Source: Podarcis liolepis (taxonomy: Eukaryota). Taken from it: a stretch of DNA of 64,000 nucleotides. Both the position numbers and the translations under genes were made by a program. The stretch lies in assembly GCA_965112155.1 (NCBI GenBank), contig OZ218102.1, one strand, 5' to 3'. Shown piece after piece: positions 36,296 to 49,240 of the stretch; position 1 is the first letter of the stretch; each line of letters begins with the position of its first letter. The notes beneath the pieces are model-generated. The model made no database searches. It was not told the DNA's origin and saw only the letters and a list, made by a program, of their open reading frames with translations.

Positions 36296-39200
36296 AATAT
36301 AATGGATATATTTTGGAAATAAGTGGTTTGTTCCTTCAGGTTTTCAACTAGCTTCAAATTGAGGGTTTGAATCTTCCCTTTTCCTACCCCTCCTCCTGAA
36401 CTGGGTATATTTGTACCATAAATAGTTACCTTGAAGGGCCTCATGTTCCTTCTGAATCTTTATACTTAGCCTTGGCTAGGATATTTAAAAAAGAGAGAGA
36501 GAGAGAGAGATTAACTTGAATTTGAGAGGTGTTTTCAGTCTGTTCCTACTGGCTCCGCCAGAATGAGGCCTCCTGTTTCGCTAATGTGACAACATTACGG
36601 CATACCCACCAAAAAAGAGAACCAGGTTAAAATTTGGCTTAGGCGGTTTTTCTTCTCAATCGCATAAGATACCCATGGCAGCAGTGTATCAATTTTATTG
36701 TCTCCCATTTTCAGACATGCAGTCATTGGGTTTAACTACCAGCTGGCGATATATACTGGGCACAGTCCAGCCAAAATTAACCCACTTATAGTTCAGTTCA
36801 AAGTTTGTTCAAAGTCGAGACCATATGTTATAACTAGCACAAGTAAGATGAAAACAGTTTTCAGTGCTTCATGACTCTGGAGACTAAACAGTGCTTAAGA
36901 ACAGCCAGTACCCTTGGTTATCATTGTGAGAATCTACCACATTTTTATTTAGATATTTTTGGCACCGTGTTGTTGCTGTAAATGGAAACGAGTCTTCTTT
37001 TGCAATTGTTTCTCTCTTTCTGCCAGCAAGTAAATTCTCTGCTTTGGGTTGAATAGACCATAATTTGGCTTGAGCTATTAGTTGGTCCAATTATTTAGTT
37101 CTTACGTCCGTGTAAATGGAATACCCCAAAAAATAATGGGGTGGAGGTATGAGAGGGGATGACACACCACTTATAACTCCCGTTGATTTCAATTGAAGAG
37201 ATACAAGCATGTGCTCAATTTTCTCTTCAACATCTGTAGGACTTAAAGGTGATGGATTTTGGCTAGATTTTTGCTTACTATTAATAGTACATACAGAAGA
37301 AGCAACAAATTATTTTCTGCTTGGAGTCATGGGCTTGTAAGAGGCCTCCAAGGTGATGATACAGTGGCACGAACATAGCATTCTTGGTGGTGGCACCCCA
37401 ATTATGGAGTTCTCTTTCCAGGAGAGTATGGTTGTATCCCACACTGTTACTTTTTAAAGATTTATTTGTTCATGCACCCTTTTGGGATATAGATTTGCCC
37501 TAGGTTGTAGCAGTCTTTGGTATTGTGCTTACTATGTTGAGCTGTTGCTTTAGTTTAGTATGGTTTTTTTGGGGGGGGGAGTGTTTTAATTAGCTGGTAT
37601 AGCTGGTTTTATATTTTTTATCATATTGTGCATGGCCCTGGGGTTCTCCAGGATGAAAGGCAAAGCAATCATCACCACCATCAATGAATCACTTGGAATC
37701 TACCATTTCACAGGACTCTGGGGTTCTGCTGACATAGACTCCCCCCCCTCCTGTGGTGTTTGCCTGTAGGCTAACGCATCTCTTTAGCAATAATATTTGA
37801 GTGTCTTATACAAGAACTGCATTTCATAATGCCTCATTGTTAAGCCTTCAGAGGGATAAATGGAAAGTCTACACAGTCTTTCTGTGGCCATGCATGCCCC
37901 CCCCCCAATGGTCACAACATCCTTGTGAATTATGCTTGTTCCACTCCCATTTTGAAAAGACTACAAAGAGCACCTTGAGTTTTTAAAATTCTGAACATCA
38001 AATTACCAAAGCAACAGCTCTTCCTCTTGCTTTTGCATCTTCTGGGCATCTATGACCAGGTTTGGTCTAGGGTTAATGTGTCTCTTCATCTCCTCAAGAA
38101 GTTCTGCTGTCTTTGAAAAAAAGAACTTTGCTTAACCAAATTTCAGGCAGATGTCTTTCTCTGTAGGGATGCTTCTGTTTAGGTAGCTGCACATGTTACA
38201 GCTTTTACACAGCACTCTTTGTTCCCTGGTTAACCACTGAAGAACATTTTGCAAACATGATCCTTGCAGATAAACAGCTCTTTTAGTTCCCTGTTTATAC
38301 CCATGGAGCAGCTCCACCCTGACCAAGCGTTCCCAATAAATATAATAGCACAAGGGTTGCCAACGCAGCACCTGTGGGCCTGCAAAGATTCAATATCCCC
38401 TCAGAAGTTCACAATGTGTGAGAGATAGTTTGCTGTCCCTGCTCTGTACCTGTTTGCACTGGCTCAGCCTCTACTACAATGAACACACCACCTTGAACAT
38501 TTCATTGGATGCTAGGCCTGGACAGTCAACTTCCGTTCTTTTCTGAACAGGTGAGGGTTGGGAAGAGCTTCTTTCTGTGAGTGCATGCAGTGGTCACTGA
38601 TGATGTTGCCTTTTTCAGTTGATGAGGGGCTGATGCAGGGGGCATGCCTGCACTGTCTTGGGGGGTCCTGTCTCTTTTTATGCACTTTGAGGTGCGGCAG
38701 CCATTTTGTGTTACGTCCACTCCTCATAGCAACCATTTTGTGAAGGACACCTAATGGCACTTTCTCAGAATTTCAAGTGTCCCAACCGTTTGGCAGACTC
38801 TGTAATAACATGTGGCGTTAGGCAATTCCCAGTTCTCCTTTTATCTGTTGCAAGGGTCAGCAGTGTTTCATTTACCTCCGTACTCAGTTTCTTCTTATTT
38901 ATGTATCAACCCATTCATAGCTCACCAAATACCACCTCAAGCTCCCTCCCAACTCTGCAGTTCTTTGATTCTATCATCTTGATAGAATCATTTGATTCTT
39001 CATCTTGAGGCATATGCAAAAGCTTTGCCATAAATTAATAAATAAAAACGCAAATTAATAGCTTTTTTCAGGCATTCTGCTGAATGTATGAGGGCTGAAA
39101 GTGGAGAGGTGTTGTGGTGTGCAAGCAAAACCTGCCTCTACCTACTCTTCCCATGGTGAGCAGGAATGTCTGAAAGGCCCTTCTGAATGTGTTCAGCTGA

Positions 39201-40364
39201 ACACACTTCAAAGCCTTCCTGCAATTTGTAATGAAAAAGCACCCTCGTGCAACAGGGTGCAGGAGAGCATATAGGAAACAGCCTTAAACAGTCAGACCAC
39301 AGGTTCCTCCATCTCAGCATAGCTTGTATTGAATCTGGGAGCTGCTACTTGCAAAGCCACTGAGCTATGATGACCCTCTCCTGTAGGTGGGAGGGTTCAG
39401 CTTTCCGTTTGCACTGTTGAGTATATGTAAAAAATAAATAGATCCCACCTCTGCATTATATGTGAGGGTGACTGACATTAAGAGGGACAAAAATGGCTTC
39501 CTCAGTGGTGTCTAGTTTGGCACTGGGTGGATGATTGAAGGAGAAGATGCCAGAGGCTGTTTATTGTGTTCCTCAGCACTGGAAATGGGGCTGGGCATAT
39601 TGGCATGTATTGTTTTAGAGGCCCAACCCTGAGATCATGGAGCATAACATTCTTATCAACTCACTGTGGAGTTAGAGGTGAGCATGAATATTCCATTTCA
39701 CTCTTGTTAGTAAAGAGACGAAACATTGGATGCTATATTTATACCTTTAGTATTTTTTTAAACAACATCTTTTGGCATGGATGTCCTCATGAAGCAGCAT
39801 ACTCTACAGTAGCATGCCTGATTTTTTTTTTATGCAGCTGCTCCAGATTTACAGAGGTGCGGATCACAGTCTTGGGAATTGTTTAAATCTTATCTTTATT
39901 TCAATTTTGTATTCCAGCCTACTGGTGCTGTTCTGTTCCGTTATTATTATATTATCTCACCGGTTCATGCGATAAGCAGTTTTTGCAGGCCTTTTCAGTG
40001 GAGCTGAAAAGTGTGCTTACTCACCAGATAAGAGCCTGATTAGACAGTTATCTGTAGTGCATGGTTGTCTTTGTGAAATATTGATCTACAAAATGGGTAA
40101 TAAGGCTTGGAAAAGCGCTTTGTGTGGAAAGGCAGTTCTAAGTCAGTTCTCTGCTTGTCGGTCGATTGACAGCATAATGCAATTCACTCATTTCCACTAG
40201 TGTTTAAAACTGTGTGCGAGTGTGTGTGTGAGAGAGAGAGAGAGGGTAAGAAAAGATGGAATGAATGACTTACTGATATATTTATCTGTAGCATTATCCA
40301 TTTAAATGCTGTGCCCTTGGCTGAGAGGTTTGTAGATGGCAAGAGATAACAGTGGTCCTAAACT

Positions 40365-40695
40365 TAGGTAAGGTAAAAAGGTGAAGGACCCCTGGATGGT
40401 TAAGTCCAGTCAAAGACGACTATGGGGTATGGTGCTCATCTCGCTTCAGGCCGAGGGAGCTGGCATTTGTCCATAGAGAGCTTTCTGGGTCATGTGCCCA
40501 GTTTGACTAAACCTCTTTTGGTACAACGGAAACCAGAGCACACGGAAACGCCATTTACCTTCCCACTTATTTATCAACATGCACTGGCATGCTTTCGAAC
40601 TGCTAGGTTGGCAGAAGCTGGGACAGAGCAACGGGAGCTCACCCCATTGCACGGATTCGAACCGCCGACCTTCCGATTAGCAAGCCCAAGAGGTT
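40365..40695 (-). mobile_element. Sauria SINE (same subfamily as 522-691)
   Basis: GGACCCCTGGATGGTTAAGTCCAGTCAAAG subfamily tail; B box on minus strand. Confidence 0.9.
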
Positions 40696-40811
40696 TGATG
40701 AACTCAGTGGGGCCAATTTCCAAGTAAATGCATAGGATCAGATCGTAAGAATGTATGATGAACGGATTTTTTAAAAAGAAAACAAACGTTAGAGGTGTTC
40801 TAATAAGCATA

Positions 40812-41173
40812 AAGGTAAAGGTAAAGGTACCCCTGCCCGTACGGGCCAGTCTTGACAGACTCTGGGGTTGTGCGCTCAACTCACTCTATAGGCCGGGAGC
40901 CAGCGCTGTCCGCAGACACTTCCGAGTCACGTGGCCAGCGTGACGAAGCTGCTCTGGCGAGCCAGAGCCGCACACGGAAACACCATTTACCTTCCCGCTG
41001 GTAAGCGGTCCCTATTTATCTACTTGCACCCGGGGGTGCTTTCGAACTGCTAGGTTGGCAGGCGCTGGGACCGAGCAACAGGAGCACACCCCGCCGCGGG
41101 GATTTGAACCGCTGACCATGCGATCGGCAAGTCCTAGGTGCTGAGGTTTAACCCACAGCGCCACCTGCGTCCC
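40812..41173 (-). mobile_element. Sauria SINE, full length (first of tandem pair)
   Basis: TSD TCTAATAAGCATA at 40799-40811 and 41175-41187. Confidence 0.93.
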
Positions 41174-41187
41174 TTCTAATAAGCATA

Positions 41188-41487
41188 GGTAAAGGTAAAA
41201 AATGTACCCCTGCGGCGTTTGTCCACAGTCGGCTTCCCGGGTCATGTGGCCAGCATGACTAAGCCGCTTCTGGTGAAACCAGAGCAGCACACGGAAACGC
41301 TGTTTACCTTCCCACTGGAGCAGTACCTATTTATCGACTTGCACTTGATGTTCTTTCGAACATTTAGGTGGGCAGGAGCCAGGACTGAGCAACGGGAGCT
41401 CACCCCGTCGCAGGGATTCGAACTGCCAACCTTCAGATTGGCAAGCCCTAGGCTCTGTGGTTTAGACCACAGCGCCATCCGTGTCCC
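41188..41487 (-). mobile_element. Sauria SINE with about 65-nt internal deletion (second of tandem pair)
   Basis: TSD TCTAATAAGCATA at 41175-41187 and 41488-41500. Confidence 0.9.
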
Positions 41488-42180
41488 TCTAATAAGCATA
41501 ATACTCAGGAACTTCTGTCTCCTGAAGGAAGGCACCCTTCAATATGTTAATCATTGCTTTAGGCCTTGCTGGGACAAATACCATTACACTGTGGTAGCCT
41601 GTTCTAGGGTTTACATTCATTCACCCTGTATTTTGAGTAGTTTAGTTCTTTTCAGGCACCGCACCAGCAAATACTTGTATATAATCTGGTACTGTGATTA
41701 GCTGCAAGCCCTGAATACTACAGAGAAATATATGTTGGTGTTGTAGTTTTGGCCACAGCCCCTTCAGTCGGACACAGTAAAGCAGCAACATGTTACGGCC
41801 TTATGCACAGGCTTTGCTAGCCAGACCTAATTTGGATGTGGCAGTGACCCTACCCTGAGGGGAAAGGAGAAAGGTCTTGTCTCTGTCATCACACTGAACA
41901 TGCGAGGCTATCAAAAGTCTACAGTACATCTGCAGGAAATCTTTCAGGTCCCCCTCTTCAATTCAGAGTTTTGTCCTTGTTGTGCATAGACTTATAGGCG
42001 TTCCGAGCATCTTCAAAGTGCAGTGAGACTGTGTCTGGCGAGACTGTTGCCCTTTCCTGCATTGAAGAGAAAAGCACCCTTAATTGATCCAGAACATCGT
42101 GATGAGTGAATGTATTATGCAGCTGAAATGTTACTTATATATCAGAGAGGGTGAGAGAGAACATGCCAGTGGCAAGAGAG

Positions 42181-42325
42181 GGATGGCTCAGTCAGTAGAG
42201 CATGAGATTCTTGATTGTGGGTTTTGGGTTCGAGCACCATAATAGACAAAAGATTCCTTCATTTCAGAGGGTTGGACTAGATGACGCTTTTGGTTCATAA
42301 TTCTAGGTTTCTGTGATTCTATGAT
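42181..42325 (+). mobile_element. tRNA-derived SINE with CR1-like tail
   Basis: GGCTCAGTCAGTAGAGCATGAG...GGGTTCGAG head; GATTCTATGAT end. Confidence 0.7.
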
Positions 42326-45300
42326 GGTTCACACCTCACAGTAAGAGTCATTCATGTGGGGAGAAGATATCAAACTGACAATTGACTACAACTCCCATCA
42401 TCCCTGGCCGTTGGTTATGCTTGCAGGGGCTGATGGGAGTTCAGCAACATCTGGAGGGCCAAAGTTTCCCCACACCTGATTTTTAAGGTATATACAGGAC
42501 TCTTAAAATTAATCCCGTGGCTGGCTAGCCTAGTGCTGGGGTTCGTTCTGCTGTTGGTTGTATGACACTGCTGTTAGCTGCAGCTCTCGCACGCCGTGTA
42601 CATCACTTGATAGTTTTGCATTTGATTATTATACATACTTGCAGCTGGCTCCGTTGGAAAGGGTTGTAATTGAGAGGATAAGATAAGACGTGGAAATTCT
42701 TTTGTTGCAAGCATCAAACAATTAACACGTGTCTGAAACATGGGGCATTGTCCATGAAGAGTAGGGAAAATGTATAACTGGGTTAAAGCATGCAGCAGAA
42801 CTGCCTTGGGTTTACAGATGCAAGCTCATTTTCCTTTCTTTTTTCTGCCTTGGTTTTCTGAACATTTCTAAGAGTGTCTCTATACTGCATTTCCTAGTTT
42901 CGCTTTGTGGCCCTTGCACCAAGTGGAGGAGTGGGAAGCTTTGGCAAACTTGCCGTTTCATGCATCTCTGACATGATTTATTAATCCTCTTTACCAGATA
43001 CCCTGTCACTCTCTTGTGTGAAGTCATTGTAATGAAAACGCCGATAGGCACAGCCAATAATGGGAGCGGTGGCTGCAATCAAGTGCAGAGCTCTGTAGCC
43101 AATTTTCAGATGTGAATGACTTGGCCGTTGCTATTGAATTTATACCAATAATTGTAATTGCACAGGGGCTTATCCAGGGTACAGCCATGGCTTGTGAGTT
43201 ACAAGTTGATAATGAAAAGCTAATTTATGTTTTAAACCAAGCGGGGCTATATACTTACCATGCCGTTGCTTTTATTCCAATACGTGTAGAATTTTCGAAT
43301 GATAATAGGATATTAGTTTTCCGTCCAAAGCAAACTGTGCTGCTGGCTTATGATCTCATGTGAACATAAGAAGACCCTGGCTGGATCAGACCAGAGGTTC
43401 ATGGAGTCCAATGTTTTGCTTCCCACTGCAGTCCTCTAGATGCCTCTGGGAATCCCACGAGCTGGCCTTGAATGTTTTAGGGCTCGCCTTTCCTTGCCCC
43501 TCAGCAGCTGTTATTGCAGCCCAGACCACATGCTATGAGTAATGAGTAATGGTACTGACATATCCAGATTTTCTTTAATTATTTACAACCAGAGATGGCA
43601 GCCAGAGAAATTGTTATATGGCCTGCAGTTGTATCCGTCCCTGCCAGTTGCATTCTTGGTGAAAATTGCCTGCGCAGCTAGAAGGCTTAGACTAATAGAT
43701 GCAACGAGCCTTTATTTCGTTTTTTTAATTTTGATGGATTTGATCACACATGTCAAAAGTAATTTTGATATGTTTGCAGCCTGGTTATTAACACATACAC
43801 TATGAAGATAGTCCTGTATTAAGTCACTAAGAAGTCTTAGTTGCCTGGAGCCTCCGCTGAATGTATGGGGGTCACCAATGGTACTGTGTATAAAACTTAA
43901 TTATTTGTACAGTTTGTTAGCCTATAAAGTTTTTTTAAAAATACTTCTTTGAAAAAGTTATTTGAGTGATATTTTGCACCATATGTTAGGCAGAGAGCCA
44001 GCGTAATTAGCTGAATGATACCCACTCAGTATTACAAATCAGCAACAAAAACAGGATTAGCCCTATTACATTAAAATCAAATAAGTAAGTTGATCTGAGA
44101 ACGTGAGATTCTGAGCCTGCCCATGCCTGGATCTTATTTGTATGAATCCTATGTATGTTGGTTTAATTCTGATCCTACAAACTATGGTCTAAAGGATTTG
44201 GAAATCCTGACATCAGAATGCAGTGGCAAATCCAGTTCCGAGTTTTTTAGCCCAGTTTTTTTTTTTTTTTAAGTTATTTCAGAACTGTGTCGTTGAAGCT
44301 AAATGGATATCTTTTGAGATAACTGCTTGGAAGGTCATATGCTTAGGGCATTGGCTATGTTGCCATTATTTCATTTTATAGTCTGTCATTCTCCATATTA
44401 TACTCAAGGCAGCTAACGGTACAGTAAAAATTGCATACGCTTTGTCTGTTTTTTTTAAAAAACTAATCTCTCCTGCTTTTCTCTTAGAAAATCAAGATGG
44501 CTAACAAAAATTAACAGAATGTAACAATGTAATAAACAAGTTAAAAAAGCCCTTCAGACTTGTAACCAGTTAGTTTATAAAATGCAAATGTTCCATAAAA
44601 CAATGCATGTTCACAAGGCCATTGACACCTTTGCTGTATAGAAAAGATTCCCAGCACCTTATAAAAAGAGTGTAATGTCTGGACAGTGTCTCCTACGGTA
44701 TAAACATACTGTGTTCAGAATAAAATCCAGGAAAGGCAAGCATTATGCATTTCATAATAAATCTTCACAGAATCTGAATATTACATGTTTACACGTGAAT
44801 GACAACTTCTCAGCATATCCCACACTTCCAGCAAAACTAAAGGATTACTTCAGTTCTAACAGCTGAACAAGAGCAGCAAATCTATGAACGTCTCTCTCAC
44901 ACCCTTATCAATAGTTTCACACATAGCAAAGTCCCCTCCCCTCTCTCTTTGTCTGTCTGTCTGTCTCTCTGGCTCTCACTTGCAGTGCTTGAAACTTGAC
45001 TACTCAGTCACAAGGTTCCTGCAAGTTATCTGTACGCCTGGAGTGCCTAGTTATGAATAAACCGCCTTTGGTTTAGATTGGAACCTCTCTCTCTCCTCCA
45101 CCTAGTATACATGATGTATGGAAGGACTCTTTCTGCTCATGGGTAGGGACCAAGATTCAGTACATTGGGGGTGGGCAATCTGTGGCTCTCTACATGTCAT
45201 CACTGGATAGCAGCTCCCGGATGGATGGCGGTAGTCCATCTGGAGGGTCACAGGTTCCCCATCCCCGCAATGTGTTTTTCTGTAATAAAAATGTCACTGT

Positions 45301-46859
45301 GGATAAGGGGTCATCCAGAATTCCTTTTGTGCAGTGTTTCAAGGCACAGGTCCATACTTTAAAGCTCTTTAAACACTTTTATTCAAGATAGATGTGGCAG
45401 CAGCATGCCCATCCATGGAAGAGAGATGAGTTGTCCTCCCCTGTATATGAACCATAACCCCAGCTTCTATTACAATAATAACAAGAAGTTTGAGATAAGA
45501 GCCGAAATGTTGAGTTACTACTAATCTCATTTTCGTGTGAGAAATTAACCTGTTCTCCTCTTTCATCCCTACCATCACATGTGGCAGAGATGCATGGAAC
45601 TAAGGTTGCTAATCTCAAGCATCGTTTAGGCCTCTGATGCTCCAGCACCTGAAACCTGTTGAGTCATGTGGAGTACTGGAAATTATGCAGAGATCAAGCC
45701 TGGCAATATCTCTAGCTTCCACTTTGAATGAGAACCGAATGGCGGAATGATAGGCTGTGTTGCCTCTGCCCCTGTTAAGGGCATTGACCACATTGCTCTC
45801 CATTCTCTCAGATAGACCATTTCCACAGTCTGAGAAATATTCAGGTTGCGATTCAATAGAGCCCAGTATTTATACCTTGTTGGTTTTTTTCTGTGATGGA
45901 ACTCAAGGCAGCCTAAATGTGGTTCCCAAGAAGTCAGTCAACCAGACCCAGACTTGCTTAGTTTCAGCAAGGTGGTGGTCCAGTGTACTTTTAGACCATA
46001 ACCTGGGTCCATTCCTGAGGACCCTCAGTGCCTCTGATGGGCAATGTACAGCAATTAATAAATATAATTCACTCAGCCCTCACAAGCCTAGATAAGACCA
46101 TCAACTCCCCTCCCCTCATTAAACCCCTACTGTTATTTTCTCAGCAGCCATAAAGGAACAAAACATTCAGTTTACATCTTTCTTTCATTGTTTTCCAATG
46201 TTTTGTTTTGTTTTTAATCTTTATACTTCATTCTGCCCTTAACTCTGGGTTGTTGAAATGTTCCCTACTCCTGTTTACCAAAGAGGGTCAAATTTTTAAT
46301 GTATTAGCTCATCTCCGAGTCTCCCCCTCCCCGCCCCTTGCCATTTCCTATAAACTGTTTCTGTGTATTTTATGCCCTAACGAGCACTGATCTTTGAACT
46401 TTAATGACTGATGCTGAAATGCTGTTTGCTGTTTGCCCTGCCACCAGTGTTGCCATTGGTCTAGATCCAACGTTCCACACACAGAGTTCCTCAAGTACTG
46501 CAGAGCTATTCCCTTCCCATCCATCCATCCATCCTGTGGCACTTTGCATCCCCCTAAAAAACTGTTCCAAAAAGCCAAAGAAGGCACAGAGGGATGTCAC
46601 TGGAGCAAGAAATCTGCAGTTATTCCTTCTTTGAGTGGAGGTGCTTTACACTTGTCCTCAGGGTACTCTGGATCTCAACCACTATTTTACTTTCTTCCCA
46701 TTTTTGTGGAAAATACAGGAGGAAGTACCCTTTTAATATTTTCCTCCTGTGTCAACCCCAGTGAATTCACAGTTTGCATTGGTGACCCTCACAAATGAAC
46801 AAAACAGTACTTTTAAAAAATCCAGTTATGTATTTGAATCAATATGAGAAGTTTAAATG

Positions 46860-46860
<1 letters not shown>

Positions 46861-46899
<39 letters not shown>
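46861..46899. repeat. (TA)n microsatellite
   Basis: Directly visible. Confidence 0.95.
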
Positions 46900-46902
<3 letters not shown>

Positions 46903-47034
46903 CATGTCATGAAATAGTTTCCAGTGGTTTACAAATTTAAGCACATTGTTAAAGCAAGATCACAGCAAACAGCCCCCCAAAGTGGGATACAGTGGTCAGC
47001 TTCAGCTTTCAGGTGGCAAACCATAATTAAATAG

Positions 47035-47253
47035 TTACAGGTAGGTAGCCGTGTTGGTCTGCCGTAGTCAAAACAAAATTAAAAAAATCCTTCCAGTAGC
47101 ACCTTAGAGACCAACTAAGTTAGTTATTGGTATGAGCTTTCGTGTGCATGCACACTTCTTCAGATACATGTATGCACACGAAAGCTCATACCAATAACTA
47201 ACTTAGTTGGTCTCTAAGGTGCTTCTGGAAGGAATTTTTAAAATTTTGTTTCG
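47035..47253. mobile_element. Penelope-like element terminal fragment arranged as an inverted repeat
   Basis: Arms 47071-47149 and 47172-47251 are reverse complements; GCACCTTAGAGACCAACTAAG...GAGCTTTCG resembles reptile Penelope termini as I recall them. Confidence 0.75.
47130..47167 (-). ncRNA. Minimal type I hammerhead ribozyme motif
   Basis: Minus strand GUAU-CUGAAGA-A-GUGUGCAUGCACAC-GAAA-GC-UC-AUAC: core boxes, helix II, 4-bp helix I and vestigial helix III. Confidence 0.7.
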
Positions 47254-48658
47254 TAATTAAATAGGGCATTCTTACCAGTTTGGAGAAAATCAGCAGGGAG
47301 GATGTGGGATGAATTTCCCTTGGAAAGGAATTCCATAGCATAGAACCCATGAAGAGAGCATGCATAGGCAGTGATCATCATCCCTGACCATTGCTTATGC
47401 ATCCTGAGGCTGATGGGAGTTGGAGTCCAGGAACCCCAGGAGGACCACAGCTTCCCTATCTTTGGCACAATGGATCCATTTGAGAAGGATGAGATAATTT
47501 AGAAGCACGTTTTTATTGGAAGACTAACCTCTTTCTATATATAGAAGCTTGTATGCCAAAGGAGTTGAGATACTAATTAAGATCTCACTGATATCTGATT
47601 AATCTTTGGAAAGGGGTTCTCTATTTCCGTGCCTATTAATGTGTGTGAGGGTGGCATTTGTAACTGTCACAGAAATAAGCCCATTCCCCACTCAATTGCA
47701 GGCTAATCAAGGTTAAGTATTTATTCATTTATTTATTTCACTTAGCATTTTGATCTGCTTCAAAACATCATTTTAATTTTGTCAAACGCTTCCTTGTGTC
47801 CTTTTAGAAAATTAAATGAATTAGGGAAAAGAAAAAATCGAAATGAATGACTAATTGTGGATTTTTAGAGTGGTTTGGGGAATTTTTTTCTGTTGAGATC
47901 AGTCCATCTAGTTTATTATTTTCTTATGGACACACTTCCTCAATTTTTGTTTTCTTGTTTATACCAGCTGTACTCTTTGGATTCTGTGGTTTCATATCCT
48001 ATTCCAGCCAGATACCCATTTTACTTTAATATGGTCACAATCCCATTGAGTTCATAATCTCTTTTTTTAAGCACTGTGGCTGCCAATCCCTCCGATTTGT
48101 TTAAAGTACAGTAGTCTCCCTTCCTACTTCTGTCTCACAAAAGAACACACTCTTTATTTTTTGTTTCTTCCAGAACTGACTAAGCTTCCTGTTATTCCAC
48201 TCCGTCAGATTTTCCCCCAATATTCTTTTCATGTTGAGTCAGATTTGTTTGCCAGCAGATTTCTTCAGAGTTTCCCTGCTATTTCTCCTTTGTATTTCTG
48301 CAAGCCTCTTCCATCAGTTAATTTTTATTGGTAGCAGACTTTGCGTCCACCCATGTGTGATTTAGCTGAAGTGATTTCTCTATGTCTTCAGCTGAAAGCA
48401 TTTTTCTATATAAATTCAGTCTGCAGAAGGGGGGCACTGAGGAAAAAAAAATATCAAATGCCCAGTCCCCTGAGGAGATTATTAAACTTTGGAAGTTAAT
48501 ACCTCATATATATCATTTTCACAGTTTTATATACTCTTTCTGTTTGTGTATCAGGTAGAAATGGTTCCGGTGGGACAATGGAGCATAGACTCAGAACTGC
48601 TTCAAAAGTATCCCCCATTCTTTCGCGCTTATCAAGGACAAGCACATACGCTCCAAAC

Positions 48659-48794
48659 CAGTGCTATTTTTTTCTAGAAAGAAAGGTGTAGGAAGTCACC
48701 ATGAACACCTTCGTTCTCCTAGAATGGCAATGGCACTTACCTGAGAGGTGATGGACCTGAGTTCTAGCCAGTTCCGGCTGAAAAAAAAGTCCTA
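48659..48794. mobile_element. hAT MITE
   Basis: 8-bp TSD CTCCAAAC at 48651-48658 and 48795-48802; imperfect TIRs with T/A runs. Confidence 0.8.
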
Positions 48795-48915
48795 CTCCAA
48801 ACACAAATAGGGCAAATGCTATATGTATGTATGGGATAGCAGGGTGTATAGTTGGCAGAAACTACCCATGGCACTTATAACATGCTTTTTAAATCAGAAA
48901 TGAACACACTTCCTT

Positions 48916-49058
48916 CAGAGGCAGAGCTAGCTGCTCTGGCACACAGAGTGGCTCACATGTGGTGCACCTGGGGGCAGGGCGTGCCGCTCACGGGGGTGGC
49001 ACGGTGAGCGTCCCACGAGGGCGGACCTCACCCCCCATGCCCCCTTCCTCCACCAGTG
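48916..49058. mobile_element. GC-rich hAT MITE
   Basis: 8-bp TSD ACTTCCTT at 48908-48915 and 49059-49066; degenerate TIRs. Confidence 0.75.
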
Positions 49059-49109
49059 ACTTCCTTTCCCTAATATTACCAGTGTTAATTCACATTCCCT
49101 CAGCCTCAA

Positions 49110-49240
49110 CCAGGAAGTGGGGCACCTGTGGCCTTCCAGATAGCGTTGAACTGCGACTCCCATCATCCTTGACCCTTGACTATGCTGGCTGGGAGTTGAT
49201 GGGAGTTGGAGGCCAACAACAACTGGAAGGCCCCACCCAC
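49110..49240. mobile_element. Degenerate palindromic hAT MITE
   Basis: ACTCCCATCA...TGATGGGAGT fold-back; family of 62785. Confidence 0.7.

Noticed and set aside
32122-41701. ORFs of 90-160 aa at 32122, 40422, 40574, 41012, 41219 and 41242
   Set aside because: Open frames through GC-rich Sauria SINEs; no protein family signature.
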